Origin: a virus
Direction: 5' to 3' (one strand)
Length of the DNA stretch: 64,000 bases
Virus record (IMG/VR): IMGVR_UViG_3300045988_089680
Coordinates: 11,055 to 75,054 of that record
This document shows, one piece after another, positions 8,555 through 18,750 of the stretch (position 1 is the stretch's first letter; each line of letters begins with the position of its first letter). The position numbers and the translations under genes are program-made. The notes under the pieces are model-generated. The model saw nothing but the letters and a program-made list of their open reading frames with translations. It did not search any database and was not told the origin of the DNA.

Positions 8555-9913
8555 ATGCATGAATCTCTTTTTATTCAGTTTATAAGGGCAATCTTTCCTA
8601 AGCTCAGTCTGTACGTAAAGGAGAAGGAGACCCCAAAAAACCGTACATATCTATTCAAGAAGATGTTGCGTGAGGTCTACTCTGCAGACCAGAAGTGGGA
8701 AGGAACATCAGCAAACACCACTTATGTTGCTGCTGACATTGTGGAGATGGATTCTCCTTTGCCATTGAAGAAACGTGGTTCTATAGCCACATCAAATGGC
8801 AAGCTACCGAAGATTGCCATGAAAAAAACTCTTTTGGAGTCAGACATCAACAATGTCAACATTATGAAAGCGCAGTATGAGAATTTGGTAACGAAAGCCA
8901 ATACCCTCCAAGCGCAAGGTCTTGTAGAGCAAGCAGCGGCAGCAAAACAAGCAGCAGACAATGCAAAAGCTCGTATCATCAACAAACTCATGAATGATGG
9001 CGTAGCTTGTTCTGTGGGTATCGAAGAACGTAACGAATTGAACTTTTTGGCAGGTCTCTCCAATGGTATCATAGCTGTTGAGGACGAGGACAATTCGGGA
9101 AAGGCAATACGTGTCAATTATGGTTATTTGCCAGCTAACAGCTTCCGTACAGCAACAAATGGAGTAACCACAAGAGACGACTTCGAGAAGATATTCGAGA
9201 AAGCAAATGCTGATGGCAACACCATCATAAAGGTATTGCTTGCAAAGAATCAGTTGAAGAAAATCCGTAAGGAACAGTGGGCGAAGGAACTCGTTGCTGA
9301 CTATGAAGGCAAGACATACACAGAGGAGTCCAAGTTGAAAACCCCATCAGAAAGCTCTTTCTCAGAAGCCTTTGAGGACGAGTTCGGTGCTTCAATTGAG
9401 ACAGTTAACCGAACGGTTGTCATTGAAAAGAATGGCAAACAGCATTCAGTAAAGCCTTGGAATGAGAACAATATTATCTTTATATGTAACGAAGAGGTAG
9501 GTTCACTTGTATGGGGTACACTCGCAGAATCCACAAACCCTGTAGAAGGTGTAAAGTACAGCACCGTAGATTCGTACAAGCTTATCTCTAAGTACTCAAA
9601 GAATGAGCCTTCTTTGCAGGAGGTAACATCAGGGCAGGCTCTCATACTTCCTGTTATCGAAGACGTAGACCAGATATATATGCTATCTACAAAGTCAGAA
9701 GAGGTAGATGAGGAAGCAGAGAAAACCGACACTTCCGACGAGTACACCACCTATAAAGGTAAAAAGTACAAGAAAACCGACCTTATCTCAGCTTTAAAAG
9801 CTGTAGGTGCAAATGTCAAGTCAAATTCTACGGACGAGACTTTGGTAAAGGCACTGAACGCACTTAGTGATGAAGACGAGGAGGCTCTTCTTTCACAGTT
9901 AACTGAACAGTAA
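8555..9913 (+). CDS. major capsid protein (by size and position)
   Basis: About 452 aa, directly after scaffold and decoration-like genes and before the connector genes. Acidic C-terminal tail. No search done. Confidence 0.55.
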   Translation: MHESLFIQFIRAIFPKLSLYVKEKETPKNRTYLFKKMLREVYSADQKWEGTSANTTYVAADIVEMDSPLPLKKRGSIATSNGKLPKIAMKKTLLESDINNVNIMKAQYENLVTKANTLQAQGLVEQAAAAKQAADNAKARIINKLMNDGVACSVGIEERNELNFLAGLSNGIIAVEDEDNSGKAIRVNYGYLPANSFRTATNGVTTRDDFEKIFEKANADGNTIIKVLLAKNQLKKIRKEQWAKELVADYEGKTYTEESKLKTPSESSFSEAFEDEFGASIETVNRTVVIEKNGKQHSVKPWNENNIIFICNEEVGSLVWGTLAESTNPVEGVKYSTVDSYKLISKYSKNEPSLQEVTSGQALILPVIEDVDQIYMLSTKSEEVDEEAEKTDTSDEYTTYKGKKYKKTDLISALKAVGANVKSNSTDETLVKALNALSDEDEEALLSQLTEQ

Positions 9914-9925
9914 ATTTGAATTACA

Positions 9926-10249
9926 ATGAAGACAATAAAGCAAGCATTGATTGATGAAATCCACTACCCTATCCCTTTAGGATTCGTGGAGAATAAGCTG
10001 ATTGAGCGTCAGCTTGATGGTGACGATGATTATACATTCGAGGTCGCCCAGTCCAAGGAATGGAAAGGTGCGCTTGCTGATTGTCTGTACTCTCTCATAC
10101 AAGCTGTAAGCTTATCCGAGTCAGACAAGAGCATTGGAACACTGTCTGACAAGGATAAGGAAAGGCTGTTAGTACGAATAAATGCTTTATACAGAACCAT
10201 CGGTGAATCCCCTGCACTGGGTCAACCGATGGTTTATATAGGAGGTTAA
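9926..10249 (+). CDS. head-tail connector/adaptor (by position)
   Basis: 107-aa ORF immediately after the capsid gene. Confidence 0.4.
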   Translation: MKTIKQALIDEIHYPIPLGFVENKLIERQLDGDDDYTFEVAQSKEWKGALADCLYSLIQAVSLSESDKSIGTLSDKDKERLLVRINALYRTIGESPALGQPMVYIGG

Positions 10250-10252
10250 GAT

Positions 10253-10585
10253 ATGGCTGTATTGGATTTCGCTGCTCATACCCTAGATTACCTACACGTA
10301 ACTGACGGGTATGAAGACAATAACGGAGACTATGTTCAAGGCTCAGAAGAATGGGTGGAGAACTATTGTAAATGTGATATTGTTCCTGCTGGCAAGGCAA
10401 ACGTTATCACTATCCCCGATGGTTCTGCTAAGAACTATTCCTACACCATCTACAACCTTCCTAGAGCATGCCGCGATTTCGAGTATGGAGACAAAATCCG
10501 TGTAAAGCTCTTCGGAAACGAAGTGAAGGAATTTGTCGTACTCGGCTTTCATCGTTATCAACTGCAATGTAAAATATGGGTATAA
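10253..10585 (+). CDS. head closure / neck protein (by position)
   Basis: 110 aa. GGAGG lies 7 nt upstream of the ATG. Confidence 0.4.
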   Translation: MAVLDFAAHTLDYLHVTDGYEDNNGDYVQGSEEWVENYCKCDIVPAGKANVITIPDGSAKNYSYTIYNLPRACRDFEYGDKIRVKLFGNEVKEFVVLGFHRYQLQCKIWV

Positions 10586-11058
10586 AACTCTCAACCTCTC
10601 AGTCTGCGCTCAATAACTTTTTTCAGTCCGCTATGGCGATAATAAAGCAAGAAATCCTCACTGCTTATGCCAAGTTAGGAGAAGAATGTAATGCAAGGAT
10701 AAGAGACCGCTCGGCAGAGGAAAGTTGGATAGACCATACAGGAAACCTACGAAGCTCCATCGGTTACGCCATCTTTGACTACGGAAGGAAACAAATAGAA
10801 TCAGCCTTTGCTTCCATAGGAAATGGTTCTAATGGTTCACAAGAAGGAAGACAAATGATAGCTGACCTAGCAAAGGAATACTCACAGGTTTACGCATTGG
10901 TAGTAGTCGCGGCTATGAACTATGCAGACTTTGTAGAAGCTAAAGAAAATAAAGATGTGCTTGCATCCACTGAGTTATGGGCTCGTTCTGTCGTTGATGG
11001 TAAACTAAAGCTCGCTGTGGATAAAGCTGTAAGTAGAATCAATCAGATAAGGCTATGA
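10576..11058 (+). CDS. HK97 gp10-like tail completion/neck protein
   Basis: WIDHTGNLRSSIGY resembles the HK97 gp10 family DTGxLRxSI motif. Overlaps both neighbours. Confidence 0.5.
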   Translation: MGIKLSTSQSALNNFFQSAMAIIKQEILTAYAKLGEECNARIRDRSAEESWIDHTGNLRSSIGYAIFDYGRKQIESAFASIGNGSNGSQEGRQMIADLAKEYSQVYALVVVAAMNYADFVEAKENKDVLASTELWARSVVDGKLKLAVDKAVSRINQIRL

Positions 11059-11474
11059 AATCGGATATTGACATCAAGGATGATGTGTACAACATTATCT
11101 CTTCTTCGAAATTAAAGACTGCAGTAACAGGTAGTCTTTGTAAGCGAGGAAGACCATACAATGGCACAGGTAAGACTGGCAAGGAAGATATTTGTATCTC
11201 CATCTTAGCTAACAGAACTTCGCAGATACAAGAAGCTTTCGTGAATGTAAACATCTACGTTCAAGACCAGACCACCACCAAGAAAGGCAATATCCAAAAG
11301 GAAGAGAACACGGCAAGGCTTCGTGAGTTATGTCAACTCTCTTTCTCTATCTTCGAAGCGGTTCATGGATCAGATTTCCGCTTATCCATGAACGAACAAA
11401 GGGTAATAGCTTGCGAGGGCACAAGTGAGCACATCATTAATAACAAATTATTGTACCAAACCATAAACGATTAA
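11055..11474 (+). CDS. tail terminator-like protein (by position)
   Basis: 139 aa. ATGA overlap with the upstream gene. Precedes the tube gene. Confidence 0.4.
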   Translation: MKSDIDIKDDVYNIISSSKLKTAVTGSLCKRGRPYNGTGKTGKEDICISILANRTSQIQEAFVNVNIYVQDQTTTKKGNIQKEENTARLRELCQLSFSIFEAVHGSDFRLSMNEQRVIACEGTSEHIINNKLLYQTIND

Positions 11475-11478
11475 GATT

Positions 11479-12081
11479 ATGTCAGTAATTACATGGGGAA
11501 AGCCATCCATCTATGTTCGTGACCTTAGTGCTTCAACCAACAACTGGAAGAAGCTTGATACTCCAAAGGAGGACACTACTCAGTTGAACCCTACCAAGGG
11601 TGATACAACAGAAGCTAAGGAGGAAGGTGGCGGTATTGTCGATTCCAAGACAGCTAAGTCTACCTACGAACTCGTTTATCAAGAGTTCATCAAGAAGGGC
11701 TTATCTCAGCCTTTCCCTACCATTGATGGACTTATCGAAGGAAACTACGCTATCGCTGTTCAGCCGGAAGATGCAGAGAACCCTGGTTGCTATATCGGAA
11801 AGTCAACAGTAAGCGTGGAGGAGTCATATTCTTCAGCGGATGGTGCTTTGATGCAGTACACCCACAAGGCTCTTGTGCCAGAGGGTGACGAAGTAGCAAA
11901 GACCACCAACAATAAGGGTGAGACCGTATATTGCCAGTTCCGTTGGCGCATCATCACAGCCAAGAAGGCTAAGGGAAAGACAGACGAATACGTTCTCACA
12001 TTCAAGCATCCTGCAGGTGCTACAGACACATCAACGGAAATAACCGTTCCAACAAACGGACAAATCGAAGGTGACGTTTAA
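11479..12081 (+). CDS. major tail (tube) protein
   Basis: 200 aa. Canonical position upstream of the chaperone and tape measure genes. Confidence 0.5.
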   Translation: MSVITWGKPSIYVRDLSASTNNWKKLDTPKEDTTQLNPTKGDTTEAKEEGGGIVDSKTAKSTYELVYQEFIKKGLSQPFPTIDGLIEGNYAIAVQPEDAENPGCYIGKSTVSVEESYSSADGALMQYTHKALVPEGDEVAKTTNNKGETVYCQFRWRIITAKKAKGKTDEYVLTFKHPAGATDTSTEITVPTNGQIEGDV

Positions 12082-12140
12082 GGCAATATGTTGATTTCTT
12101 CTCTCCCTTCTGCCGATTGAGGGTTATCAGTCGGCAATCT

Positions 12141-12250
12141 ACCCAAGTAGCTCAGTTGGTTAGATTGCGAGACCAAATCCTGTCCTGTAAAATCCAGTTG
12201 GTCTTTAAAAAGATGGTTGAGAGACGCAGGTTCGAGTCCTGCCTTGGGTG
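12141..12250 (+). tRNA. atypical tRNA-like element (acceptor stem, D-loop and T-arm present; no canonical anticodon arm)
   Basis: ACCCAAG pairs with CTTGGGT. D region is TAGCTCAGTTGGTTAGA. T-arm is GCAGG-TTCGAGT-CCTGC. The centre is an 8-bp hairpin (GAGACCAA/TTGGTCTT) with a 21-nt loop. 110 nt in total. Confidence 0.5.
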
Positions 12251-12270
12251 CTAACAAATTTTATTGGCTT

Positions 12271-12993
12271 ATGAAGAATGACATCGAAATTGGCACAAAG
12301 ATAGCCATGGTGTTAACAGATACACCTATAGGCATACAGGTAGGTAGAAGACACATGTTTATCTACCCTCAGACTTTAGGCAAAATGTATTTGACTGCTC
12401 CATTGATTAAGCAGATGGGAATCAAAGATGATAACCTAAAACTGAATCCACTCATAGAAGCACTCCGTGTAGTAAGTGAGAACCGAAGTATCTGCTGTAA
12501 GCTAATAGCCTATCATACCCTTCAGAAGAAATCCGATATGCTAAGTTCACGCATACTGAAGGCAAGGGAAAACATCATCTTCAAGTTCTGTGATAACGAT
12601 GATATAGCTACCCTTCTCATCACCATACTCTCAGACAACAAACTTCATGACATTATCACAGAATGTGGTATAGACAAGCAAGCACAACGCATGGAGAAAA
12701 TAAACAGAGCCAAAGACTCCAGTAATCAGTATATATTTGGTGGAAGAACCATTTGGGGCTCTCTCATTGATGCAGCTTGCGAGAGATACAAGTGGACCCT
12801 TGACTATGTTCTGTGGGAAATATCATATAACAACCTCACACTCATGATGAAGGACAAGATAACTTCCGTCTATCTATCTGACGAGGAGAGAAAGAAGGCT
12901 CACATTCCATCGGCAACAGAGAAGGTCTTTAGCGGAGATAACAAAGAGGACATCATGGAGCTGATCAGACAGAGCGAAGAGAATCCAATTTAA
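12271..12993 (+). CDS. tail assembly chaperone (by position)
   Basis: ORF between tube and tape measure genes. Track start 12217 lies inside the tRNA-like element, so the ATG at 12271 is preferred. Confidence 0.45.
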   Translation: MKNDIEIGTKIAMVLTDTPIGIQVGRRHMFIYPQTLGKMYLTAPLIKQMGIKDDNLKLNPLIEALRVVSENRSICCKLIAYHTLQKKSDMLSSRILKARENIIFKFCDNDDIATLLITILSDNKLHDIITECGIDKQAQRMEKINRAKDSSNQYIFGGRTIWGSLIDAACERYKWTLDYVLWEISYNNLTLMMKDKITSVYLSDEERKKAHIPSATEKVFSGDNKEDIMELIRQSEENPI

Positions 12994-13074
12994 CCTCCAA
13001 CACTAACAAGAAAAAAGTAAAGAATAAAGGTTTGAAATAGGAGGTGCACCTTTACGTAATTGACAGAATAAAAA

Positions 13075-16000
13075 ATGCCAGGTTTAAAGTTTGACATAAC
13101 AGGAGATAATTCAGCTGTACTGAGAGCCTTTAAGGGTGTGCAAGATGGTGTGGCACAGACAGCAAGAGTAGTCGAGCAGCAGGGTCAGAGCATTGAGAAT
13201 GTTTTCAATCGCATCAAGTCTGTTGCATCGGTAGCTGTTGCTGGCTTTACGGCAAAGGAAATCATCAGCACACTGGGTACTGTCCGAGGAGAGTTTCAGC
13301 AGTTTGAGATTGCCTTTGAAACCATGCTCGGTAGCGGGCAGAAGGCAAAGGGAATGATTTCGGACCTCGCCAACCTTGCTGCTTCTACACCTTTTGACAT
13401 GAAGGGTGTGGTAGATGGAGCAAAGCAGCTCCTTGCATACGGATTTGCAGCCAACGAGATTACCGATACCATGAGAAGACTCGGTGATGTATCTGCAGGA
13501 TTGGGATTGAACCTTCAAGACCTCACATGGCTCTATGGTACCACGATGGTGCAAGGTCGATTGTTCACAAGAGACTTGATGCAATTTACAGGTCGCGGTA
13601 TTCCTTTGACAGAGGAACTTGCCAAGCAGTTCGGAGTTACCAAGGATAAGGTTTCGGAATTGGTGACCGCAGGTAAGGTTGGTTTCCCCGAAGTCAAGAA
13701 GGCTATCGAAAGCCTTACCAATGAGGGTGGTAAGTTCGGTGGATTGATGGAAAAGCAATCTCACTCTATTACTGGTCAGGTAAGCAATATTAAAGATACT
13801 ATCGAAATGGCTATCAATGACCTTGGCACTCAGACAGAAGGCTTGATGAATGATGCTTTGGACATCACATCTACGGTTATTGACCATTGGAAGGAGATAG
13901 GTGAGGTTATCCTTGCAGCCGCATCTGCCATCGGTCTTTATAAGGCAATGGCGGTAAGTGTAGCAGCCTTTGATACAGCTACAGCAAATGTAGGCTATGC
14001 GGCTGAGTTGTCAGCCCTTGACGCATTACTTCCAAAGAAGGAAGAAGTAAAGAAGACAGACCTTGAAGAAGCAGTAGCCAAAGGTCAGTTATCAGCAGCA
14101 CAGGCGGAATTGGTAGCATCCAAGCGTGAAGAGGTTGCAGCTTACGTTGCCGAATTGCAAACCAAGGCAAAGGTTATGCAAGACGAGGTTCACGTATTGG
14201 AGAATAAGCTTGCGCTACAAGATAACGAAGTACAATCACTCCAAGATGCTTATGATGCCCTTGACGATTATGTATCAGCAGAAGTCAGAGATACGGCAGC
14301 AACAAACCTCAATACGGCAGCAAACGAAAGAAACAATATAGCAAACCAACTTAAAGCAGCAAGAGAGAAAGCTGCAACGGCTGCAACCAATGCCAATACA
14401 GCATCCCAAGGATTGAATACCGCAGCGACAGCTCGCGATACAGCAACCAAAGGAATATGGGCACAGGTTACTCTCTTATGCGAGAAAGCACAGAGGGCAT
14501 GGAATGCTTCTATGTTCTCTAGTCCATTATTTTTGATAGCAGCTGCCATAGTAGCTACTACATATGCTGTGTATAAGCTTGCTACTGCAGAATCGGCTCA
14601 CGAAGCAGCCGTAAGAAAATCCAATGAAGCATGGGATGAGTTCGATAACAAGGTTAAAGAACGTCAGCAGAATATAGAAAGCCTTATCAGAACCATACAA
14701 TCTGAAACGGCAACGGAATTCGAGAAAGCAGAAGCCTACCAAAAGCTCTCTAATCTCGCTCCTCAACTTACAGATCAGTATGACCAAGCTGCCATAGCTT
14801 CTCTTGACTTTTCTAAGGCCCAAAAGGAAGTGGCAGAAAGCATGGATGAGTCAAAATACGACAAAGCCGTAGAAGATGTAAAAAAATACAAAGATGAAGT
14901 AAGCAAACTCCAGCAATTATTATCAAGTGATGCAAAGTACAACGGAGGAGGTCAAGGAATACTACTCAGTCGTCAATTAGAGACAGCAGAAGCAGCATTA
15001 GATCGTGCAGAGGACAGACTCAATAATATCATTTCCCTACGTAATCAAGCTGCCGAAAACGCAAAGCCTATAGAGGTTCGCTTGCAAGAAGCGCAGGAGA
15101 ACGAGAGTGTTCGTCAAGAAATCTTTGACTTCTACGATGAAGCTATGACGCTAGCTAACGACTGGCAATCAGCCAACGAAACCATCAACTACGCCACTGG
15201 CGAGAGTAGATTGGACGCATTCATCAATAAAGCTCAGATGGAAATAGCAGATCTTCGTGAAGACATTAAGAAGAATCCAGCTGATCTGAATCTCCGCATG
15301 CAGGAGTCTGAGAAAACAAAGGTTCTGGACAACCTCTTAGCGATGAAGCGTAATTGGGCGGTTACTGGCGCAACAACCATTCCTTTGATTTTTAGGGCTC
15401 AATGGAACACCGCCAAACAATCCCTCAATCAAGCCAAAACAAAGGCACAAGCGTTGGTTAATGCGGGTTCTACGGAAACCTACCAGCAATCTTACAACAA
15501 GGCGCAGCGAAAATACTACGCAGCCCAAAAGAAGGTTGCTGCTATGGAGAAAAATAAGAGCAAATACACCACTGCTCAGTACGAAACCGCCATCCAAGAC
15601 TTGAAAGCAGCCAAGGATGCCTACTCTAAGCTAGGTGGTGATGTAAGTGGGAATGCAGCGAAGGCAGCAGCAACGGCACGTAAGACTCGCATCAAGGAGG
15701 TAAACCAAGCTATCAAGGTCCGGGAGGAGTTGAACAACCGCTTGAAGGCTTTGCAGCAGAAAAATACTGACGAGACTATCTCCCTTATGCAGGAAGGCAC
15801 GGAGAAGAAGCTTGCTCAAATCAAGAATGACTATGCCAAGCGCAAAGCCGAGATTGACAAGCAGGAAGCCGAGTTCAAGAAGAAGAACAAGGAAGCTGGC
15901 AAGAAAGAAGCCCTTACTTCTGCTCAGTCTAATGCTCTCAGTAAGGCAAGAGACCTCGCTACCCAAGAATACAACAAGAAGCTTGATGAGGTCAACAGGG

Positions 16001-18186
16001 AAGCCCTCACCTCTATGCGCGACTACTTGAAGGAGTATGGTTCTCTCTATCAGCAGAAACAAGCCATTGCCGAGGAATATGAAGAGAAGATTGCCAAGGC
16101 TCAGACGGAAGGCGAAAAGCTCTCCCTTCAGCAACAGAGGAAAAAGGACCTCCAAGCCATCGAGTTAAACACTATCAGACAGAACATTGACTGGGGAAGC
16201 ATCTTCGGAGACTTCGGTGCTATGTTCAAGGATCAACTGGAGCCAACCATCAAGAAGCTGCAGGAGCTCTCCAAGAGCACAACAGATGTCAACGAACAGA
16301 AGACCATACAGGAGCTTATATCCAAGCTACAAGGCTCTGCCACCGTCTGGGATAGCGATATTTTCAAGAAGGTCTCTGACGACATCAACACCTATCAGTC
16401 AGCCATGCAAGGCTATATTGATGCCCAGGAACGAGAAATAAAAGCAGCAGAAGCAGTCACCAAGGCTCAAGAAGACCTCGCAAAGGCAAAGAAGGGTGGA
16501 GACCAAACAAAGATAGACAAGTCAGAGGTAAATCTTGCATTAGCACAAAAGAATCTTACTACAGCATCGAACGATGTTAAAACGTTCGGTTCTACAGTAC
16601 AGAAGGCAACCTCAGACTTACAGACATCTGCTCAGAAGGCAGCCTCTCAGTTCCAACAGCTTGAAGATGGCTTGCAGGGTCTTACCTCTGGCTCACTCAA
16701 AGGCATAGGAAACTCCATTCTTGGCCTTGACAAGCTTTTTGGTGGTAGTATGCAGAAGGATACAGCCAATACCATTGCTAAGGGTATTCAAGATTTGCTC
16801 GGCAAGGACAGCAATGCTGCAAAGGTTCTGACGCAAGCTTTAGGGGATAGCGGTTTGGCAGGAGAGATAATATCAGCAATACTTGGAATCCTCGATATTC
16901 TCAAAGATGGCTTTGGAACACTCATAAGCAACCTCATGGACACGGTCTTTGGCACAGTAACTGGCATCCTAGATGATGCTTTATCGGGTGACATCGTTAT
17001 GAAGCCTTTGAAGAGCATAGGAGACAATGTCTCTCATATCCTCAACACGCTATCATTCGGTGGTTTCAATAGTCTGTTCGGTGGAGACGGTAATGCCAAG
17101 AAGGTAAATGACACCATCGAAAGACTCACAGACCGAAATGAACTCCTGCAACAATCCATCGAGGATTTAACTGACGCAATGGAAAACTCCTATGGCTCCA
17201 AGGCAACCTCATACTACGAGCAAGCCTATAAGAATCAGCAGGAGACCAATCAAAACTACCTCGACATTGCAAAGGCGCAAGCAAGCTATCACGGTTCTCA
17301 CCATTCATGGAACGCTTATTGGAGTGGCTTCAGTAGTGAAGAGATGGAGTGGATCAAGAAGAACGTCAAGTCTGACTTCAATGGCGACCTCTTCTCCCTC
17401 AGTCCAGAAGAGATGAAACTTCTCCGTGGAAACGTCGCCATTTGGGAACACATAGAGAATACTGGTAAGGGTAATTATGGCGGTCGTTTGACAGATAAGC
17501 TGAATGACTATATAGACCAAGCTGGTAAGTTAGAGGAGCTGTCAGATAAGATGAAGGAGAATCTTACTCAGATTACCTTTGACAGTATGAAGGAAAGCTT
17601 TATCTCTGACCTCATGGATATGAATAAGTCAGCACAAGACTTCGCAGACGATTTCGCAGAAATGATGCAGAAGGCTCTTCTCTCCTACTCCATGGAAGAC
17701 CTCATCAATGGTGACTTGAAGAAGCTATATGATGATTGGGCAGCTCTCATGAAGGCTAAAAACGGTCAGCTTACCGACGCAGACATAGAAGATTTCAACA
17801 AACGATATGAAGACATCGTTTCGGAGGGAATTAAGCGCAGGGATGAATGGTCTAAGGTAACAGGCTTCACTGGAACATCATCCCAGTCTGCTACAAGCGG
17901 AGGATGGCAGTCAATGGGACAAGAAACGGCTGATGAACTAAACGGTCGTTTCACAGCTCTACAGATTGCAGGAGAGAACATTTCCGCTAACATGGTAACC
18001 ACCGTAGCACAGATGGAAACAATAGTGGCAACTGGAATATCAACAAATGGGGCGGTCGTAGAAATCCGTAACATGATGATAATGACCAACAGCTACCTTG
18101 AAGACATCGTTAAATACGCTAAGCTCACATACAACGAGTTCGGTACTAAGATAGATGATATGAATAAACGATTAAAGGAAATTTGA
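13075..18186 (+). CDS. tail tape measure protein
   Basis: 1703 aa. A/Q/K/E-rich coiled coil with an internal hydrophobic segment (SSPLFLIAAAIVATTYAVYKLA). Canonical position. Confidence 0.85.
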   Translation: MPGLKFDITGDNSAVLRAFKGVQDGVAQTARVVEQQGQSIENVFNRIKSVASVAVAGFTAKEIISTLGTVRGEFQQFEIAFETMLGSGQKAKGMISDLANLAASTPFDMKGVVDGAKQLLAYGFAANEITDTMRRLGDVSAGLGLNLQDLTWLYGTTMVQGRLFTRDLMQFTGRGIPLTEELAKQFGVTKDKVSELVTAGKVGFPEVKKAIESLTNEGGKFGGLMEKQSHSITGQVSNIKDTIEMAINDLGTQTEGLMNDALDITSTVIDHWKEIGEVILAAASAIGLYKAMAVSVAAFDTATANVGYAAELSALDALLPKKEEVKKTDLEEAVAKGQLSAAQAELVASKREEVAAYVAELQTKAKVMQDEVHVLENKLALQDNEVQSLQDAYDALDDYVSAEVRDTAATNLNTAANERNNIANQLKAAREKAATAATNANTASQGLNTAATARDTATKGIWAQVTLLCEKAQRAWNASMFSSPLFLIAAAIVATTYAVYKLATAESAHEAAVRKSNEAWDEFDNKVKERQQNIESLIRTIQSETATEFEKAEAYQKLSNLAPQLTDQYDQAAIASLDFSKAQKEVAESMDESKYDKAVEDVKKYKDEVSKLQQLLSSDAKYNGGGQGILLSRQLETAEAALDRAEDRLNNIISLRNQAAENAKPIEVRLQEAQENESVRQEIFDFYDEAMTLANDWQSANETINYATGESRLDAFINKAQMEIADLREDIKKNPADLNLRMQESEKTKVLDNLLAMKRNWAVTGATTIPLIFRAQWNTAKQSLNQAKTKAQALVNAGSTETYQQSYNKAQRKYYAAQKKVAAMEKNKSKYTTAQYETAIQDLKAAKDAYSKLGGDVSGNAAKAAATARKTRIKEVNQAIKVREELNNRLKALQQKNTDETISLMQEGTEKKLAQIKNDYAKRKAEIDKQEAEFKKKNKEAGKKEALTSAQSNALSKARDLATQEYNKKLDEVNREALTSMRDYLKEYGSLYQQKQAIAEEYEEKIAKAQTEGEKLSLQQQRKKDLQAIELNTIRQNIDWGSIFGDFGAMFKDQLEPTIKKLQELSKSTTDVNEQKTIQELISKLQGSATVWDSDIFKKVSDDINTYQSAMQGYIDAQEREIKAAEAVTKAQEDLAKAKKGGDQTKIDKSEVNLALAQKNLTTASNDVKTFGSTVQKATSDLQTSAQKAASQFQQLEDGLQGLTSGSLKGIGNSILGLDKLFGGSMQKDTANTIAKGIQDLLGKDSNAAKVLTQALGDSGLAGEIISAILGILDILKDGFGTLISNLMDTVFGTVTGILDDALSGDIVMKPLKSIGDNVSHILNTLSFGGFNSLFGGDGNAKKVNDTIERLTDRNELLQQSIEDLTDAMENSYGSKATSYYEQAYKNQQETNQNYLDIAKAQASYHGSHHSWNAYWSGFSSEEMEWIKKNVKSDFNGDLFSLSPEEMKLLRGNVAIWEHIENTGKGNYGGRLTDKLNDYIDQAGKLEELSDKMKENLTQITFDSMKESFISDLMDMNKSAQDFADDFAEMMQKALLSYSMEDLINGDLKKLYDDWAALMKAKNGQLTDADIEDFNKRYEDIVSEGIKRRDEWSKVTGFTGTSSQSATSGGWQSMGQETADELNGRFTALQIAGENISANMVTTVAQMETIVATGISTNGAVVEIRNMMIMTNSYLEDIVKYAKLTYNEFGTKIDDMNKRLKEI

Positions 18187-18288
18187 CCTACAACGGTTTT
18201 TCGCTGCCCAACCCTTATTACTATACTCACAAATAGGAAAAGAGGTTCACAGCGAAAACCAAGTGGGTCTAAGCTAAAATAATAAGAT

Positions 18289-18750
18289 ATGCCTAAAGGA
18301 CAACTCATAATAAACGGTAAGGATGCGTTCAGAGAGTATGGAATCTTCATGGATGATACCGCACTCAGCACACTTATGACACCTGCTCCTAACAAGGAGT
18401 TTATAAGTAACAAGTATCGCTCCAAGAATGGAAAGCGTGTTATCAAGCATAACCCATGCTTGGATGAGCGAGAGATAACGGTAGGATTCCATTTGTCAGC
18501 CAAAGACGTTGATTCCTTCTTGTCGAAATATGAGAAGTTCTGCAACGAAGTCCTTGCTACTGGAGAAATGGTTATCCATTCTTCCTTTCAGCCTAAAGTA
18601 TGGTATAGATGCATTTACATATCATGTTCGCAGTTTAGTCAGTTCATGAGGGAAATGGCATCATTCAGCCTAAAGCTCAATGAACCAGACCCAAGTGACA
18701 GAGGAGAAAAAAGCAAATACGTAACAGATGATACAGATATACAGAAATAA
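18289..18750 (+). CDS. distal tail protein-like
   Basis: 153 aa, directly after the tape measure gene. Confidence 0.45.
   Translation: MPKGQLIINGKDAFREYGIFMDDTALSTLMTPAPNKEFISNKYRSKNGKRVIKHNPCLDEREITVGFHLSAKDVDSFLSKYEKFCNEVLATGEMVIHSSFQPKVWYRCIYISCSQFSQFMREMASFSLKLNEPDPSDRGEKSKYVTDDTDIQK

Noticed and set aside
12141-12250. Calling this a normal tRNA, or an ochre (UUA) or Tyr (GUA) tRNA
   Set aside because: No 5-bp/7-nt/5-bp anticodon arm exists in any register I tested. The CTTTAAA and CTGTAAA heptamers are not flanked by complementary stems, so no anticodon can be assigned.
12217-12270. Track start of the chaperone ORF at 12217 (MRDAGSSPALGANKFYWL...)
   Set aside because: These codons are the T-arm and acceptor 3' strand of the tRNA-like element. 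ATG 12271 is the plausible start.
12271-13074. Programmed -1 frameshift in the tail assembly chaperone (G/GT-like)
   Set aside because: The track shows no overlapping ORF of 60 aa or more at the 3' end, and I did not identify a slippery heptamer with a downstream extension. This cannot be excluded without a dedicated scan.
13111-18089. Many minus-strand and alternative-frame ORFs (for example 13111-13887, 15631-16155, 17766-18089) nested in the tape measure gene
   Set aside because: They lie antisense or out of frame within a long, compositionally biased coding region and translate to low-complexity junk (L/S/C/F-rich). The same reasoning applies to nested ORFs inside capsid, tail-tip, fibre, RT and helicase genes.
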